Below, piece by piece: positions 20,266 through 32,807 of a stretch of DNA of 64,000 nt (position 1 is its first letter; each line of letters starts with the position of its first letter). Position numbers and translations under genes: made by a program. The DNA comes from an uncultured Gemmatimonadaceae bacterium. GTDB taxonomy: Bacteria > Gemmatimonadota > Gemmatimonadetes > Gemmatimonadales > Gemmatimonadaceae. The stretch lies in contig CAVVTZ010000007.1 in assembly GCA_963751275.1 (NCBI GenBank), positions 672,001 to 736,000 of the forward strand, given 5' to 3'. The notes under the pieces are model-generated. The model had not been told where the DNA came from and made no database searches. It worked only from the letters and a program-made list of their open reading frames with translations.

Positions 20266-20289
20266 CGATTCCCGACTCCCGATTCCCGA
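20266..20289 (-). repeat. (TCGGGAR)n heptamer tract, inverted copy
   Basis: cgattcccgactcccgattcccga. Confidence 0.85.
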
Positions 20290-20314
20290 ACGTTCCCATT
20301 CTTAGAGCCAGCCC

Positions 20315-22165
<1,851 letters not shown>

Positions 22166-22203
22166 CCGGCAGACCCAGGGCTTGCGGGCGGGGCGGCAGG
22201 CTA

Positions 22204-22226
22204 TATATTCGACTCCATCGAATAAA
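22204..22226 (+). promoter_or_regulatory. Palindrome TATTCGA-N5-TCGAATA overlapping a -10-like box, candidate PadR operator
   Basis: 22206-22212/22218-22224 inverted repeat in AT-rich patch just upstream of padR; TTGCGG at 22182. Confidence 0.5.
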
Positions 22227-22236
22227 TGGAGCCCGG

Positions 22237-22563
22237 ATGTCCCCCCGTCTCGGCGAACTCGAACAACTCGTCCTACTCGCGCTCTTAAGGCTCGGCGACC
22301 GCGCCTACGGCGTCGCCGTCCAGCGTGAGATCGCCGCCCGCGCGAAACGCTCGCTGAGCTTCGCCACGATCTACACCACGCTCAATCGCCTCGAAGAGAA
22401 GGGACTCGTCTCCACCCGCCTCGGCGAATCCACGGCCGAGCGCGGCGGACGCCGCAAGACCTACTACTCACTCAGCACCACCGGCCGCGAAGCGGTGAAG
22501 GCCAGCCTCAAGGCGCTCCGCACGATGTCCGCCGGACTCGGCGCCGCGCTCGAGCTCCCATGA
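22237..22563 (+). CDS. PadR-family transcriptional regulator
   Basis: LGELEQLVLLALL, AYGV, IYTTLNRLEEKG, GGRRKTYYSLS. Confidence 0.92.
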   Translation: MSPRLGELEQLVLLALLRLGDRAYGVAVQREIAARAKRSLSFATIYTTLNRLEEKGLVSTRLGESTAERGGRRKTYYSLSTTGREAVKASLKALRTMSAGLGAALELP

Positions 22564-25221
22564 GCGCCCCGCGTCCCCCCGAGCGCGCGGTGCGGCTCCT
22601 CGCCTGGGCGCTCTCCGACGACCTCCGCGAACCGGTCCTCGGCGACCTCGAGGAATCGTTCCACGAACACGCGCAATTCACCCAGAACGTCCACAGCGCC
22701 AACCGCTGGTACTGGCGCGAAACCATGGTGGCGATGATGAAACTCGGATTCCGCGGCCGCAGGCAACAGTCGCCGGCCGACAGTCGACGTCCGTTGTTGG
22801 AGTCGCTGGGCAGTGACATCCAGTTCGCCGTCCGGCTCCTCGCTCGCCGCCCCGGCTTCACCACGCTCGCCGCGATCACGCTGGCGATCGGCATCGGCGC
22901 CACGACTGCGATCTTCTCCGCGATCGAACCGATCCTCATCGCGCCGCTCCCCTATCCGCACCCCGAGCGCATCGTCACCGTCTGGGAAGGCACCGATCCG
23001 GCGACGAAGGACAACGTCGGCTGGCTCACCTTCGACGACATCGCGCAGCAGAACCATTCCTTCGACGCGATCGCCGTCTACAAGACATACAGCGCGACGC
23101 TCACCGGACGCGGCGAGCCGGAACAATTCGCCGGCCAGCGCGTGAGTCACGACTACTTCAAAGTGCTCGGCGTGCGCCCCGCGCTCGGCCGCGACTTCCT
23201 CCCCGAGGAGGACGTGCCCGACGGTCCGCGCGTCGCGATCCTCAGTGACGCGCTCTGGCGCCAGCGCTTCGGCGGCGAGACGTCGATCATCGGACAGCAG
23301 GTGTCGTTCAACGGCTACCAGTACACGGTGATCGGCGTGATGCCGGCGGGCTTCGAGAATATCACCCGCCCCAGCGCGAAGCTCTGGGCGCCCATGCAGT
23401 ACGGGCCCGCACTCCCGTGGGCATGCCGCACCTGTCATCACCTGAACGCGGTCGCGCGCATCAAGGCCGGCGTGAGCGAGCGCCAGGCATTCGCCGACGT
23501 GAACGCCATCTCCGCCGGCATGGTGCGCGATCATCCCAAGGAATACGCGAAGGCGGGCATGCTCCTCATCCCGCTGCACGAGCTGATGTCCGGCGGCGTG
23601 CGGCCCATCCTGCTCGCGGTGATGGGCGCGGTGGCGCTCGTGCTGCTGATCGCGTGCGCCAACGTGATGAACCTCCTGCTCGGGCAAGGCGTGCAGCGGA
23701 AGGGAGAGTTCGCCATGCGCACCGCGCTCGGCGCAAGCCGGTGGCGCGTGGTGCGGCAGCTGCTCACGGAGAGCGTGACGCTCGCGTTGGTCGGTGGCGT
23801 GTTGGGGGTGGTGGTGGCGGAGCTTGGAGTGAAGGCGCTGGTCGCGCTGAGCCCGGCGGGGCTGCCGCGATTGGAGCGGATCGAGGTGAGCGGCAGCACG
23901 CTCCTGTTCGCGTTCGCGCTCACGACCGCCGTGGGCGTCGCGTTCGGGCTCGTGCCGGCGCTGCACGCATCGCGCGCCGATCTGCACAGCGGCATCAAGG
24001 AAGGGACGCGCCGAGCGGGCGGCGCCTCGCATCGTGTGCGCGGCTCGCTGGTGGTGAGCGAGGTGGCGCTGGCGCTCATGCTGCTGGTGGGCGCGGGGCT
24101 GCTGCTGCAGAGCGTGACGCGGTTGCTGCGGGTGCCGCCCGGCTTCGATCCGAGCAACATGCTCACGATGCAGGTGCAGACCGTCGGCACCCGGTACGAA
24201 AACGACACCGTGACCCACGCCTTCTACGACCGCGCGCTGGCGGCGGTGCGTGCGCTGCCGGGCGTTGAAGCGGCGGCGTACACCACGCAGCTGCCGCTGA
24301 GCGGCGACTTCGACAAGTACGGCGTGCATCTGGAGGCGCATCCGCGCGCGAACCCCGAGGAGGACCCGAGCGCGCACCGGTATTCGGTGAGCGATGGCTA
24401 CTTCGAGACGATGAAGATGCCGATACTGCGCGGGACGCGGCTTCGATCCGCATGCGTCGATGCAGACGCCAATGGAAGTCATCGTCAACGACGAGTTCGC
24501 GAAGAAGTCATGGCCCAACGAGGAGGCGCTGGGCCAGCGCCTTCGCGTGGGCAGCGCGACCGAGGGGCCGTGGCGCACCGTGGTGGGGATCGTGGGCGCG
24601 GTGCGGCAGGTTTCGCTGGCGGCGGACGAGCCGGACGCGTTCTATGTGCCGGAGAGTCAGTGGCTGTTCGCCGATGGGAATCAGTCGTTGGTCGTACGCG
24701 TTTCGAACGGCCATGACGCGGCAGGAATGGCGGGGGCCGTGCGGGCGGCCATCTGGAGCGTGGACAAGGACCAGCCGATCATGCGCGTCTCGACGATGGA
24801 GAAGCTGATCGAGACGAGTGCGGCGGAGAGGCGGTTCGCGCTCGTGCTGTTCGAGGCGTTCGCGGCGGTCGCGCTTATTCTCGCGGCGGCGGGGATCTAT
24901 GGCGTATTGGCCGGCGTGGTCACCGAGCGACTGCGCGAGATCGGCGTGCGCGCCGCGCTCGGCGCGTCGCGCGGGGATCTCGTGCGGATGATCCTGCGGC
25001 AGGGGATGGGGCTCACGATGGCCGGCGTGATCGCGGGCATCGCGCTTACGCTGGCGTTCGTGCGCGTGATTTCGGGGATGCTGTTCGGCATCTCGCAGAG
25101 CGACCCAGGGACCTACGTGGCGGTGACGATGGTGCTGGGCGGTGTCGCGGTGCTGGCGTGTCTCATTCCCGCGTGGCGCGCTGCGCGCGTCGATCCGGCG
25201 ATGACGCTGCGGTCGGAATAA
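22560..25221 (+). CDS. Duplicated MacB/FtsX-type ABC permease (ADOP-like; frameshift near 24450)
   Basis: [63 protein letters not shown]. Confidence 0.9.
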
Positions 25222-25230
25222 CGCTCGCCG

Positions 25231-25776
25231 CTAGTTCCACAGCGCCGCGTTCGCGGGCACGCTGGAGCACGGGATGCGAATGAGCCAGACCTGCCACGCA
25301 CTAGGAGGTGTGCTCCAGCTCCCATCGGGGAGTCGATAACCATAGTCGTGCTCTAGCGTGCTGATGCCGCGCAGATCGCTGCCGACGCGATGCAGTCGCC
25401 AGTTCGCCCCGGGTATCCAAGGCTCGTGAAGCAATACGCTGTCGGGCGAGGGAGACCACCACCACGCACCTCCGGCGATCGCCGAGTCGGCCCGTGTGAA
25501 CATGATCCGCACGTTCACGCCGTTCGGATATCCTCCGCGGTCGATCTCGCGTGCGGTCAGCGAGTCGAGCACTACCCATGCGGCGCCTGAATTCGCCGAG
25601 TCGGGCCGCGATGTGGTATCGACCTGCGGCGACGGGGGGCCGGCGATCCCTCTCCCGGTGTAGCAGCCTGCTCGACCGAACCCGGGGCTAGGATAGAGCG
25701 GCAATGGCGTTGCCGGATGGCAGGCGACGAGGATGGCGAGCGAGCATCGGAGGAGGACGCGACGGGCGGCAGTCAT
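25231..25776 (-). CDS. Hypothetical lipoprotein-like protein
   Basis: MTAARRVLLRCSLAILVAC lipobox-like start; Trp-rich body. Confidence 0.5.
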   Translation of the reverse strand: MTAARRVLLRCSLAILVACHPATPLPLYPSPGFGRAGCYTGRGIAGPPSPQVDTTSRPDSANSGAAWVVLDSLTAREIDRGGYPNGVNVRIMFTRADSAIAGGAWWWSPSPDSVLLHEPWIPGANWRLHRVGSDLRGISTLEHDYGYRLPDGSWSTPPSAWQVWLIRIPCSSVPANAALWN

Positions 25777-25813
25777 GCTCAAGGACGCGCGACGCCGCGC
25801 GTCCTGCACATTC

Positions 25814-26035
25814 CTACTTCTTCTTAGGTGTCGGCGTCTTCGCCGCCTTCTGCTCCTGCGATGTCCGCTTCTTCTGCTTGAACCGCTCGTACGCCTCTTT
25901 GCGCTCGTCAATGCGCTTCAGGTGGTTCTTGAGATCGCGGGCCTCACGCCAGTGGTCGAGCACCACGACCAGCACGATCACGACGATGACGCCCACCGCG
26001 ATCGCGCCCCACGTGCTCGGCGACACGTCACCCAT
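25814..26035 (-). CDS. Small single-TM protein with basic tail
   Basis: WGAIAVGVIVVIVLVVVL then Lys-rich C-terminus. Confidence 0.55.
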   Translation of the reverse strand: MGDVSPSTWGAIAVGVIVVIVLVVVLDHWREARDLKNHLKRIDERKEAYERFKQKKRTSQEQKAAKTPTPKKK

Positions 26036-26294
26036 TCGCCGGCACCGGTGCGGGCTGCGACAGGCCGCGCGCGAAGAGCCACCGGCCATCGGCCTGGCGG
26101 CGCATCACGAGCACGACGCGCTGGCGGGCGGTGCGTGGCTTCACCGCCGGCGCGCGGGGTCACGGTCTGAACGTCCCATCCGAAATCCACGGCGAGATCT
26201 CCGTCTACGAGTAGTTCGAGGCGTTCGAACGACGAGGAAATATCGTACGCGGCAAGCGCCTGCGCGAGCGCCGGACGCAAGGAATCCGGGACCG
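26030..26294 (-). pseudogene. 5'-truncated, frameshifted NTF2/DUF4440-like fragment
   Basis: YDISSSFERLELLVDGDLAVDFGWDVQTVTP then in another frame RQRVVLVMRRQADGRWLFARG; no start before upstream stop. Confidence 0.5.
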
Positions 26295-26747
26295 TCAAGG
26301 CTGCGTCATCGCCCGCTGGATCTCCCACGTGCCCATGCTGTCGCGCACCCACTCGATCACGTAGCGGCCGCTGGGGCGCAGGATCTTCCCGTCGGGCAGG
26401 GTCACCTTCTGATAGTACGTGCCCCAGAGCACCGCGTGATCGCCGGATACGAGCGCCGAGGTGACGGGCATCGCCTCGGAATCCACGGTCACCTTGCCGA
26501 ACGACAGAAGGAACGCGCGCATGGCCGCGGGTCCACGTATGGGGTCGCGGCCGTTGGGCAGCAGCTCGCCGGTGGGCGCGAACATCGACGACACGGAGTC
26601 GGCATTCGGGGGCGAGCCGTTGAGCATCGACGCGTAGCGCGCCATCGCGGCGCGCGCGCCGGCCTCGGCGCCCTTGTCGTTGGGGATGGCCGAGGGTTCC
26701 ACGCGGCAGGCGACCGATAGAAGGCAGACGGCAGGGAACAGTCGCAC
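26295..26747 (-). CDS. NTF2-like/DUF4440 lipoprotein
   Basis: LLSVAC lipobox, PIRGPAAMRAF, VSGDHAVLWGTY, GRYVIEWVRDSMGTWEI. Confidence 0.75.
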   Translation of the reverse strand: MRLFPAVCLLSVACRVEPSAIPNDKGAEAGARAAMARYASMLNGSPPNADSVSSMFAPTGELLPNGRDPIRGPAAMRAFLLSFGKVTVDSEAMPVTSALVSGDHAVLWGTYYQKVTLPDGKILRPSGRYVIEWVRDSMGTWEIQRAMTQP

Positions 26748-26808
26748 GAAAGACCAGCCTCTTGGAAGTTGAACGGCCAAGAAGTTGGCGCGTGGTGCGC
26801 GCCGCGCG

Positions 26809-27129
26809 CTAGGTGGGCGTGCGGGGGGTGGTGGAGCGCAGGCTGACCGGCTCGGCCTTGGGCTTGCCCGCGGATTCCGCGAGCATGCGCGCGGAGTAGC
26901 GCTGCGCCTCGCCGATGCGCTCGACCTCGAGCGACATCGCCTCGAGGGCCCGCTCGGTGCGCGCGATGAGCTCGGAGGCGCTGCCAGATCGCGCGGCCTC
27001 CTCGAGGGCGGCGCGGCGGCCGCGCTCCTTGCCAATGAAGTATGCGCCGGCGAGCCCCGCACCCACGACGCCCACGGCGAAGAGCACGCTCACGAGCCCG
27101 ATGATCAAGCTGACCATGTATTCGCTCAT
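26809..27129 (-). CDS. Hypothetical membrane protein with coiled coil
   Basis: N-terminal TM, ALEAMSLEVERIGEAQRY. Confidence 0.65.
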   Translation of the reverse strand: MSEYMVSLIIGLVSVLFAVGVVGAGLAGAYFIGKERGRRAALEEAARSGSASELIARTERALEAMSLEVERIGEAQRYSARMLAESAGKPKAEPVSLRSTTPRTPT

Positions 27130-27186
27130 GGGGAGTCCAAGAGAGAGACGTGATGCCCTACGGCCGGCGCCGCGCGTTGGTGTCGC

Positions 27187-27729
27187 TCAACTCTTGCCGA
27201 GTTTCGCGGCGATGCGCTCCACGGTGTTCATGTTGCGCCACGTGATGAGGGTGCCGAGGTGCTTTTCCATTGGCACGCGGAAGAGGGGCGAGGCGCTCTG
27301 GCCGAGCTTGGCGAGCCAGAAGATCTCGCGTCCGCGCGCGTGCAGGTCGTCGGTATCCGTGGCGAGGGAGAGGAACGTCTTCGTGGCCTCCTGGGACAGC
27401 GGTGCCGCAATGAAGCCCACGAGGAGCACTTTGGCCGCCTTGTGCTTGGCCGGGCTGAATGGGCGATAGCCTGCGAGCGCGGCGATCTCGGCGTCGGTGC
27501 GCACGTAGATCGCGACGGGATAGCCGAGCGCTTTGTGGAGGCCCTCGTGGATCCTCTTTTCGAGCGCGGCGGCGTTCCTCGACGTGGAGCTGAAGATCAC
27601 GTTGCCGCTGGCGATCACCGTCTCGACGTCGGACATGCCGAGCTTCTCGAAGTGCACGCGCAGCTGGTCCATCTTGACGACGCGGCCGCTGATGTTCACG
27701 CCGCGGAGGAAGGCGGAGTAGGTGGGCAC
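27187..27729 (-). CDS. DUF1697-family protein
   Basis: AFLRGVNISG, VETVIASGNVIF, TWRNMNTV. Confidence 0.85.
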   Translation of the reverse strand: MPTYSAFLRGVNISGRVVKMDQLRVHFEKLGMSDVETVIASGNVIFSSTSRNAAALEKRIHEGLHKALGYPVAIYVRTDAEIAALAGYRPFSPAKHKAAKVLLVGFIAAPLSQEATKTFLSLATDTDDLHARGREIFWLAKLGQSASPLFRVPMEKHLGTLITWRNMNTVERIAAKLGKS

Positions 27730-27736
27730 GGTGCGG

Positions 27737-28273
27737 TCAGCGCGCGGTGGAGGTGTCGCCGGGTTTGGCGGCGCGCGCGTTCGCCGCGTCGGATTCGCCG
27801 GGCGGGATCGTGAGGTAGGTCCAGTCGTTGCCCTTGAGCATGTGCGCGCGGTCGATCACCTGGCCCGAGTGAATGCTGATGTGCCCGAGGGCGCGAAGCA
27901 GCGCTTCCTCGACCGTGAGCGGTTGATGGCGGATGACGACTTTCACGTCGCGCTGGGAATCCGAGAGCGTCGCGAGCGTGGCGAAGAGGGCGGACCAGCC
28001 TTGCTCCCACTTCACGTTCAGCTCGGCGCGCGTGATCGTGCGCTTCGTGAATTCGCTCTCGCGGTCGCGCCAGGGTTTCTCGCCGTCGGTGGTGAGGAAG
28101 TCGGTGAAGCGGCTGTGAAGATTGCCGGCCATGTGCCAGCAGATCGTGGCGATCGAGTTGCCGACGGTGGCGCGGTGGTTGAGCTGCGCGTCATCGATCT
28201 GGTCGAGGGCTTTCTCGACCATGGTCTTCAGGCGGTGGAACTCGATGGCGGCGGCCTTGATGAGGTCGGGCAT
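27737..28273 (-). CDS. DinB-superfamily (DUF1572-like) protein
   Basis: NSIATICWHMAGNLHSRFTDFLTTDGEKPWRDRESEF, HISIHSGQV. Confidence 0.85.
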   Translation of the reverse strand: MPDLIKAAAIEFHRLKTMVEKALDQIDDAQLNHRATVGNSIATICWHMAGNLHSRFTDFLTTDGEKPWRDRESEFTKRTITRAELNVKWEQGWSALFATLATLSDSQRDVKVVIRHQPLTVEEALLRALGHISIHSGQVIDRAHMLKGNDWTYLTIPPGESDAANARAAKPGDTSTAR

Positions 28274-28276
28274 GGG

Positions 28277-28789
28277 TCAGTTTGTTGGCTTGTTGGGGAT
28301 GCGGGCGCCGCGCGAAGGGAATCGCACCAAATCCGAGTCAACGCGCTCGCTCGCCACACGGAGAGCGGCGCCAAGCGGGAACCAAACTAACGAGTTGATC
28401 GACAGGAACAGGCCGGTGTGCGCCAGGTTGAGCGGGCTCAGCCCGTAGTGCGACAGCGGCCAGGCCGGTTCGGGCGCGGCTTGGGCGACGAGCCCGCAGA
28501 TGATCGCGGCGAGCAGAAAGGCGACCCACACTCTGGCGAACCGGAGGGGCTCCGCCTTGCACCAGAGAAACAGCGGAAGGAGCATGCCAAATGCTCCGAG
28601 CAGCATCACGTTCGCGGCGATCTGGGGCGGATCCCAGTACTGAGAGTATCCGTCGGAATGCGCTGGCAGCATATACCAGGCCGTGCGGCCGGCGGCAAAG
28701 AGCACGAAGAAACAGAGCTCGTACACGATGCGCCGATTCCGCCGGGCGTGCGGCGGGGCCGCCGGGACGACGTTCGCGGTCTCGATCAT
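28277..28789 (-). CDS. Hypothetical multi-TM membrane protein
   Basis: About four hydrophobic segments. Confidence 0.55.
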   Translation of the reverse strand: MIETANVVPAAPPHARRNRRIVYELCFFVLFAAGRTAWYMLPAHSDGYSQYWDPPQIAANVMLLGAFGMLLPLFLWCKAEPLRFARVWVAFLLAAIICGLVAQAAPEPAWPLSHYGLSPLNLAHTGLFLSINSLVWFPLGAALRVASERVDSDLVRFPSRGARIPNKPTN

Positions 28790-28873
28790 GCGGAATCATG
28801 CGCCAAGTAACGGGCGGCCACAACTCGCCGGCAACCATCCCGGTGGTGCCGGTGTCTACCTGCCATACGCTCC

Positions 28874-28925
28874 TATTGACAGTCTATATGGGTCGGGGTA
28901 TCGTCCCATATAGACGTTCTATATG
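28874..28925 (+). promoter_or_regulatory. Sigma70 promoter TTGACA-17-TATCGT with two TATAGAC-N-GTCTATA-like palindromes
   Basis: -35 28876-28881, -10 28899-28904; palindromes 28874-28888 and 28909-28923. Confidence 0.7.
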
Positions 28926-28933
28926 AGGAACCC

Positions 28934-29266
28934 ATGGCGCCCGCGAATACCAAGCTTCTTCAAGGCACGCTCGACCTGCTCATCCTCCGCACGCTCGTGC
29001 TCGGCGAGATGCACGGGCTCGGCGTCGCGAACCGCATCGGGCAGATCACCAAGGGCGCCTTCCACGTGAAGCCCGGTTCGCTCTTTCCGGCGCTCCACCG
29101 CATGGAGGAGGCCGGGTGGCTCGCGGCGCGTTGGGGGGAATCGGAGAACAACCGGCGTGCGAAATACTACCGGCTCACGAAGGCCGGACAGCGGCAGCTC
29201 CGCGAGGAGACCCAGGACTGGGGACGCATCTCGCTGGCCATCGCCGCCGCGCTGCGCACCACCTGA
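28934..29266 (+). CDS. PadR-family transcriptional regulator (acidobacterial type)
   Basis: [36 protein letters not shown]. Confidence 0.93.
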   Translation: MAPANTKLLQGTLDLLILRTLVLGEMHGLGVANRIGQITKGAFHVKPGSLFPALHRMEEAGWLAARWGESENNRRAKYYRLTKAGQRQLREETQDWGRISLAIAAALRTT

Positions 29267-29276
29267 GGAACGACCG

Positions 29277-31931
29277 ATGCCGCTGAACTCGACGCTCTCC
29301 GCCTTCTGGCGGAATCTCTTCCACCGCGACGCCGCCGAACGTGAGCTGGACGATGAGCTGCGCTCGTACGTGGACCTGCTCACCGCGGAGAAAGTTCGCG
29401 CGGGCGCCACGCCCGAAGCGGCGCGGCGGGAAGCGATGCTCGAGGTGGGTGGCCTGGAGAACGTGAAGGAGAACGTGCGCGAGATCCGCGCCGGAGAATT
29501 CGTGGAATCGGTGCTCCGCGACCTGCGTTACGCGCTGCGTTCGTTGGCCCGCACGCCATCGTTCACGCTCGCCGCGATCATCACGCTCGCGCTGGGGATC
29601 GGCGCGAGCACGGCGGTGTTCAGCGTCGTCAACGCGGTGCTGCTGCGCCCGCTCGCGTACAAGGAGCCGGACCGGCTCGTGGCGCTCTTCCACGGCGAAG
29701 AGAACGCCGTCGCGCCCGCGAACTACCTGGACTGGAAGGCGCAAAATCACGTGTTCTCGGACATGGGCGCCGCGGAATACTGGACGCCGAACCTCACCGA
29801 CGTGGATCAGCCGGAGAAAGTCTGGGCGCTGCACATGACGCCCAGCATGTTCCCGCTGCTCGGTGTCGCGCCCCTGCACGGACGCGTGCTCTCGCCCGAT
29901 GCCGGCGCGCCGGGACGCGACCACGAGGTGCTGGTGAGCTACGGATTCTGGCAGCGGCGCCTCGGCGGCCGCGCCGACGCCGTGGGCAAGACGCTCACGC
30001 TGGATGGCGCCCAGTACACGATCGTCGGCGTCATGCCGCAGAGCTTCCGCTTCGCGCCCTTCTGGGCGATCCACACGGAGATCTGGGTGCCGATGGACCT
30101 CACCGGGGACGTGTCGAACCGCACGCGCCAGTCGATGCGCATCTTCGGGCGCCTGCGCGACGGCGCGACGCTCGCGCAAGCGCAGGCCGAGATGACGGCG
30201 ATCACCGCGCGACTCGAGCAGCAATATCCCGGCACCAACCGCAACGTGAACGTGCGGTCGCTGAACGAGGTGGTGGTGGGCAACGTGCGCCCGACGCTGC
30301 TCGTGCTGCTCGGCGCCGTGGGCTTCGTGCTGCTCATCGCCTGCGCGAACGTGGCGCACATGCTGCTGGCGCGCGCGACGGCGCGCTATCGCGAGATGGC
30401 CGTGCGGAGCGCGCTCGGCGCGGGGCGCGGGCGGCTGCTGCGGCAGCTGCTCACGGAGAGCACCGTGCTGGCGCTCGCCGGTGGCGCGGCCGGCATCGGC
30501 GTGGCGGCGATGGGGCTCAAGGTGCTGATCGTGCAGAGTCCGGAGCGGCTCCCGAAGCTCGAGACGATCGCACTCGACGGCCGAGTGCTCCTGTTCGCAC
30601 TGTGCGTCTCGCTGTTCACGAGCGTCCTCTTCGGTCTCGTGCCGGCAATGCAGAGCGGGATGCGCGACCTGAACGATGCGCTGCGCGACGGGTCGCGCGG
30701 CTCGAGCGCGGGGATCCATCGCACGCAGCTGCGGAGCGCGCTCGTCGCGAGCGAATTCGCGCTCGCGCTGATGCTGCTCGTGGGCGCCGGCCTCATGATC
30801 AGGAGCTTCCGCGCGCTGCAGCACGTGAACCCGGGGTGGGATCCGCGCGGCGTCGCGACGATGGTGGTGTCGGTGGCGGGCAGCAAGGAAGAGGATCCCG
30901 CGCGCCGCAGCGGATTCTACCAGCAGATCGCCGAGCGCGTGGCGGCGATGCCGGGCGTGCGATCCGTGAGCGCGATCAATCACCTGCCGATCGCCGGCGA
31001 CATGTGGGGCTTGCCGTACCGCGCCGAGGGGAAGCCCATCCCGAAGCCGGGCGAATATCTCCATGCGACGTATCGCGTCGTGCTGCCGGCCTATTTCAAG
31101 ACGATGTCGCTGGCAGTGGTGCAGGGGCGCGACTTCGACGCGAACGATCGCGTCGGGTCGCCCGAGGCGATCATCGTGAACGAGGAGCTCGCTCGCATCA
31201 ATTGGCCGGGCGAGGATCCGATCGGCAAGCGCATGACGATCGTCACCGGCGACGAAGCGCCCGTGTGGAAGACCGTGGTGGGCGTCGTGAGGAATGCCGT
31301 GCGCGAAGATTGGACGGCGCCCTCCGAATCGGAGATGTACATCCCGTATCTGCAATCGCCGCTCTTCACGAGCGGCAAGGCATCGTGGATCGAGTATCTC
31401 ACCTTCGTCGCGCGCACGGACGGCGACCCGGCGGCGCTCACGCGCCAGATGCGGCGCGCGGTATCGGAGATCGACCCGAACGTCCCGGTATCGGAAGTGC
31501 AGACGATGGATGATGTGGTGAGCCACGCGAATGCGAGCGCGCGGTTCAATCTCCTGCTGCTGACGACTTTCGCCGGCGTGGCGCTCGCGCTCGCGGCGAT
31601 CGGGATCTACAGCGTGATCAGCTATGGCGTCACGCGGCGCACGCACGAGATCGGCATCCGCATGGCGCTCGGCGCCGGGCGGGGCGAGCTGCGCGCGATG
31701 ATCGTGCGACAGGGGCTCGGCGTCGCGCTGGCGGGCGCCGGCGCGGGATTGCTCGGCGCGCTCGCGCTCACCGGCGCGATCCGTTCGATGTTGTACGGCG
31801 TGGGGGCGACCGATCCGCTCACGTTCGTGTCCGTGAGCGCGGTGCTGATATTCGTGGCGCTGTGCGCGAGCTACCTGCCGGCGCGCCGCGCGACCCGCAT
31901 CGATCCGCTCACCGCGCTGCGGAGCGAGTAG
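29277..31931 (+). CDS. Duplicated MacB/FtsX-type ABC permease (ADOP-like)
   Basis: [11 protein letters not shown] prefix, [55 protein letters not shown]. Confidence 0.93.
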   Translation: MPLNSTLSAFWRNLFHRDAAERELDDELRSYVDLLTAEKVRAGATPEAARREAMLEVGGLENVKENVREIRAGEFVESVLRDLRYALRSLARTPSFTLAAIITLALGIGASTAVFSVVNAVLLRPLAYKEPDRLVALFHGEENAVAPANYLDWKAQNHVFSDMGAAEYWTPNLTDVDQPEKVWALHMTPSMFPLLGVAPLHGRVLSPDAGAPGRDHEVLVSYGFWQRRLGGRADAVGKTLTLDGAQYTIVGVMPQSFRFAPFWAIHTEIWVPMDLTGDVSNRTRQSMRIFGRLRDGATLAQAQAEMTAITARLEQQYPGTNRNVNVRSLNEVVVGNVRPTLLVLLGAVGFVLLIACANVAHMLLARATARYREMAVRSALGAGRGRLLRQLLTESTVLALAGGAAGIGVAAMGLKVLIVQSPERLPKLETIALDGRVLLFALCVSLFTSVLFGLVPAMQSGMRDLNDALRDGSRGSSAGIHRTQLRSALVASEFALALMLLVGAGLMIRSFRALQHVNPGWDPRGVATMVVSVAGSKEEDPARRSGFYQQIAERVAAMPGVRSVSAINHLPIAGDMWGLPYRAEGKPIPKPGEYLHATYRVVLPAYFKTMSLAVVQGRDFDANDRVGSPEAIIVNEELARINWPGEDPIGKRMTIVTGDEAPVWKTVVGVVRNAVREDWTAPSESEMYIPYLQSPLFTSGKASWIEYLTFVARTDGDPAALTRQMRRAVSEIDPNVPVSEVQTMDDVVSHANASARFNLLLLTTFAGVALALAAIGIYSVISYGVTRRTHEIGIRMALGAGRGELRAMIVRQGLGVALAGAGAGLLGALALTGAIRSMLYGVGATDPLTFVSVSAVLIFVALCASYLPARRATRIDPLTALRSE

Positions 31932-31959
31932 CGGGTCGCGGGCGCCGGGCTCGCGATAT

Positions 31960-32259
31960 CTATTCCAGCTCGATCCCGATGCCGCCGGTCCAGCCGGCCA
32001 CGAGGTTGTAGATCAGCGCGGTGATCGCGCCGAAGATCACGCCGATCACGCCGTAGACGATCGGCGCGATGACCACCATAGCGATCCCGCCGCCCATCAT
32101 GCCGCTGCCGGCGCTGCCGCCCATGTTGCCCATCATCCCCCTGAACGCGCCCATGAAGAGCCACATGCAGAGCGCAATGATGATGCCCAGCAAGAAGTAC
32201 AGCGCTCCCAACGTCGTGGCCATCTGCATCACATCGAACCGCCGGATCCGCTGCTGCAT
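31960..32259 (-). CDS. Small membrane protein (DUF3566-like)
   Basis: IRRFDV, two TM, ALIYNLVAGWTGGIGIELE. Confidence 0.7.
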   Translation of the reverse strand: MQQRIRRFDVMQMATTLGALYFLLGIIIALCMWLFMGAFRGMMGNMGGSAGSGMMGGGIAMVVIAPIVYGVIGVIFGAITALIYNLVAGWTGGIGIELE

Positions 32260-32330
32260 CTGGGACCTCCTCGAGGTGGGGACCACGGACCTAACAGTGG
32301 CACTGATTGGCGGAACGCGAAAGAGCAGAC

Positions 32331-32807
32331 TTAGACGTTAGACTTAGAGCAGCTAGGACTGCTTACTCCTCGCTTGCGTCCGCTCCTAGCTGGAGGGGGC
32401 GATGTACGAAACCGAAGCACAGCGGCCGCAAGGACGAAACCAATTGCGGCGCCGATCGCGCTCTGCCATTCGCCGAGTTGCGCGTGAGGCGCGAGGTCGC
32501 CGATCGTGCCGCCGAGGATGGTGCCGAGGGTGAGGCCGGGGATGGCGAGGCCGAGGGGGACACGGCGCAGGAATACGTACGATCCGAGCGGGGCCACGAC
32601 GCCGCCCATCACGGCGCCGCGCGCGGCGCCCCAGGCGATGACGTGCCAGCCGAACGTGTGCATCACGATCGCCACGCCCGCCGAGAAAGCGATGGCGCCC
32701 ACGATCGCGCCGAAGATGCCGCTCGCGACCATGAGGCCGCCGCCGACGAGGGCAATGCGACCGGCGCGGCCGAGCGGGGCGCCGGTGACGATGGGATCGT
32801 TGCTCAT
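32331..32807 (-). CDS. Gly-rich membrane protein
   Basis: MSNDPIVTG start overlaps upstream stop; several Gly/Ala-rich helices. Confidence 0.55.
   Translation of the reverse strand: MSNDPIVTGAPLGRAGRIALVGGGLMVASGIFGAIVGAIAFSAGVAIVMHTFGWHVIAWGAARGAVMGGVVAPLGSYVFLRRVPLGLAIPGLTLGTILGGTIGDLAPHAQLGEWQSAIGAAIGFVLAAAVLRFRTSPPPARSGRKRGVSSPSCSKSNV

Noticed and set aside
20234..20314. glmS ribozyme upstream of glmS
   Set aside because: Gap is only ~80 bp, largely heptamer repeat, and no ribozyme core recognised
25231..28789. Integron cassette array
   Set aside because: Intergenic gaps too short and no repeated attC-like palindromes
29175..31646. 823-aa minus-strand ORF and similar long antisense ORFs
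   Set aside because: Arg/Ala-rich shadows of real genes, expected at this GC content
32289..32343. attC-like pair ACCTAAC ... GTTAGAC
   Set aside because: Inner sequence does not form the L-box stem, no second site and no integrase; GTTAGAC is part of a short TTAGAC repeat
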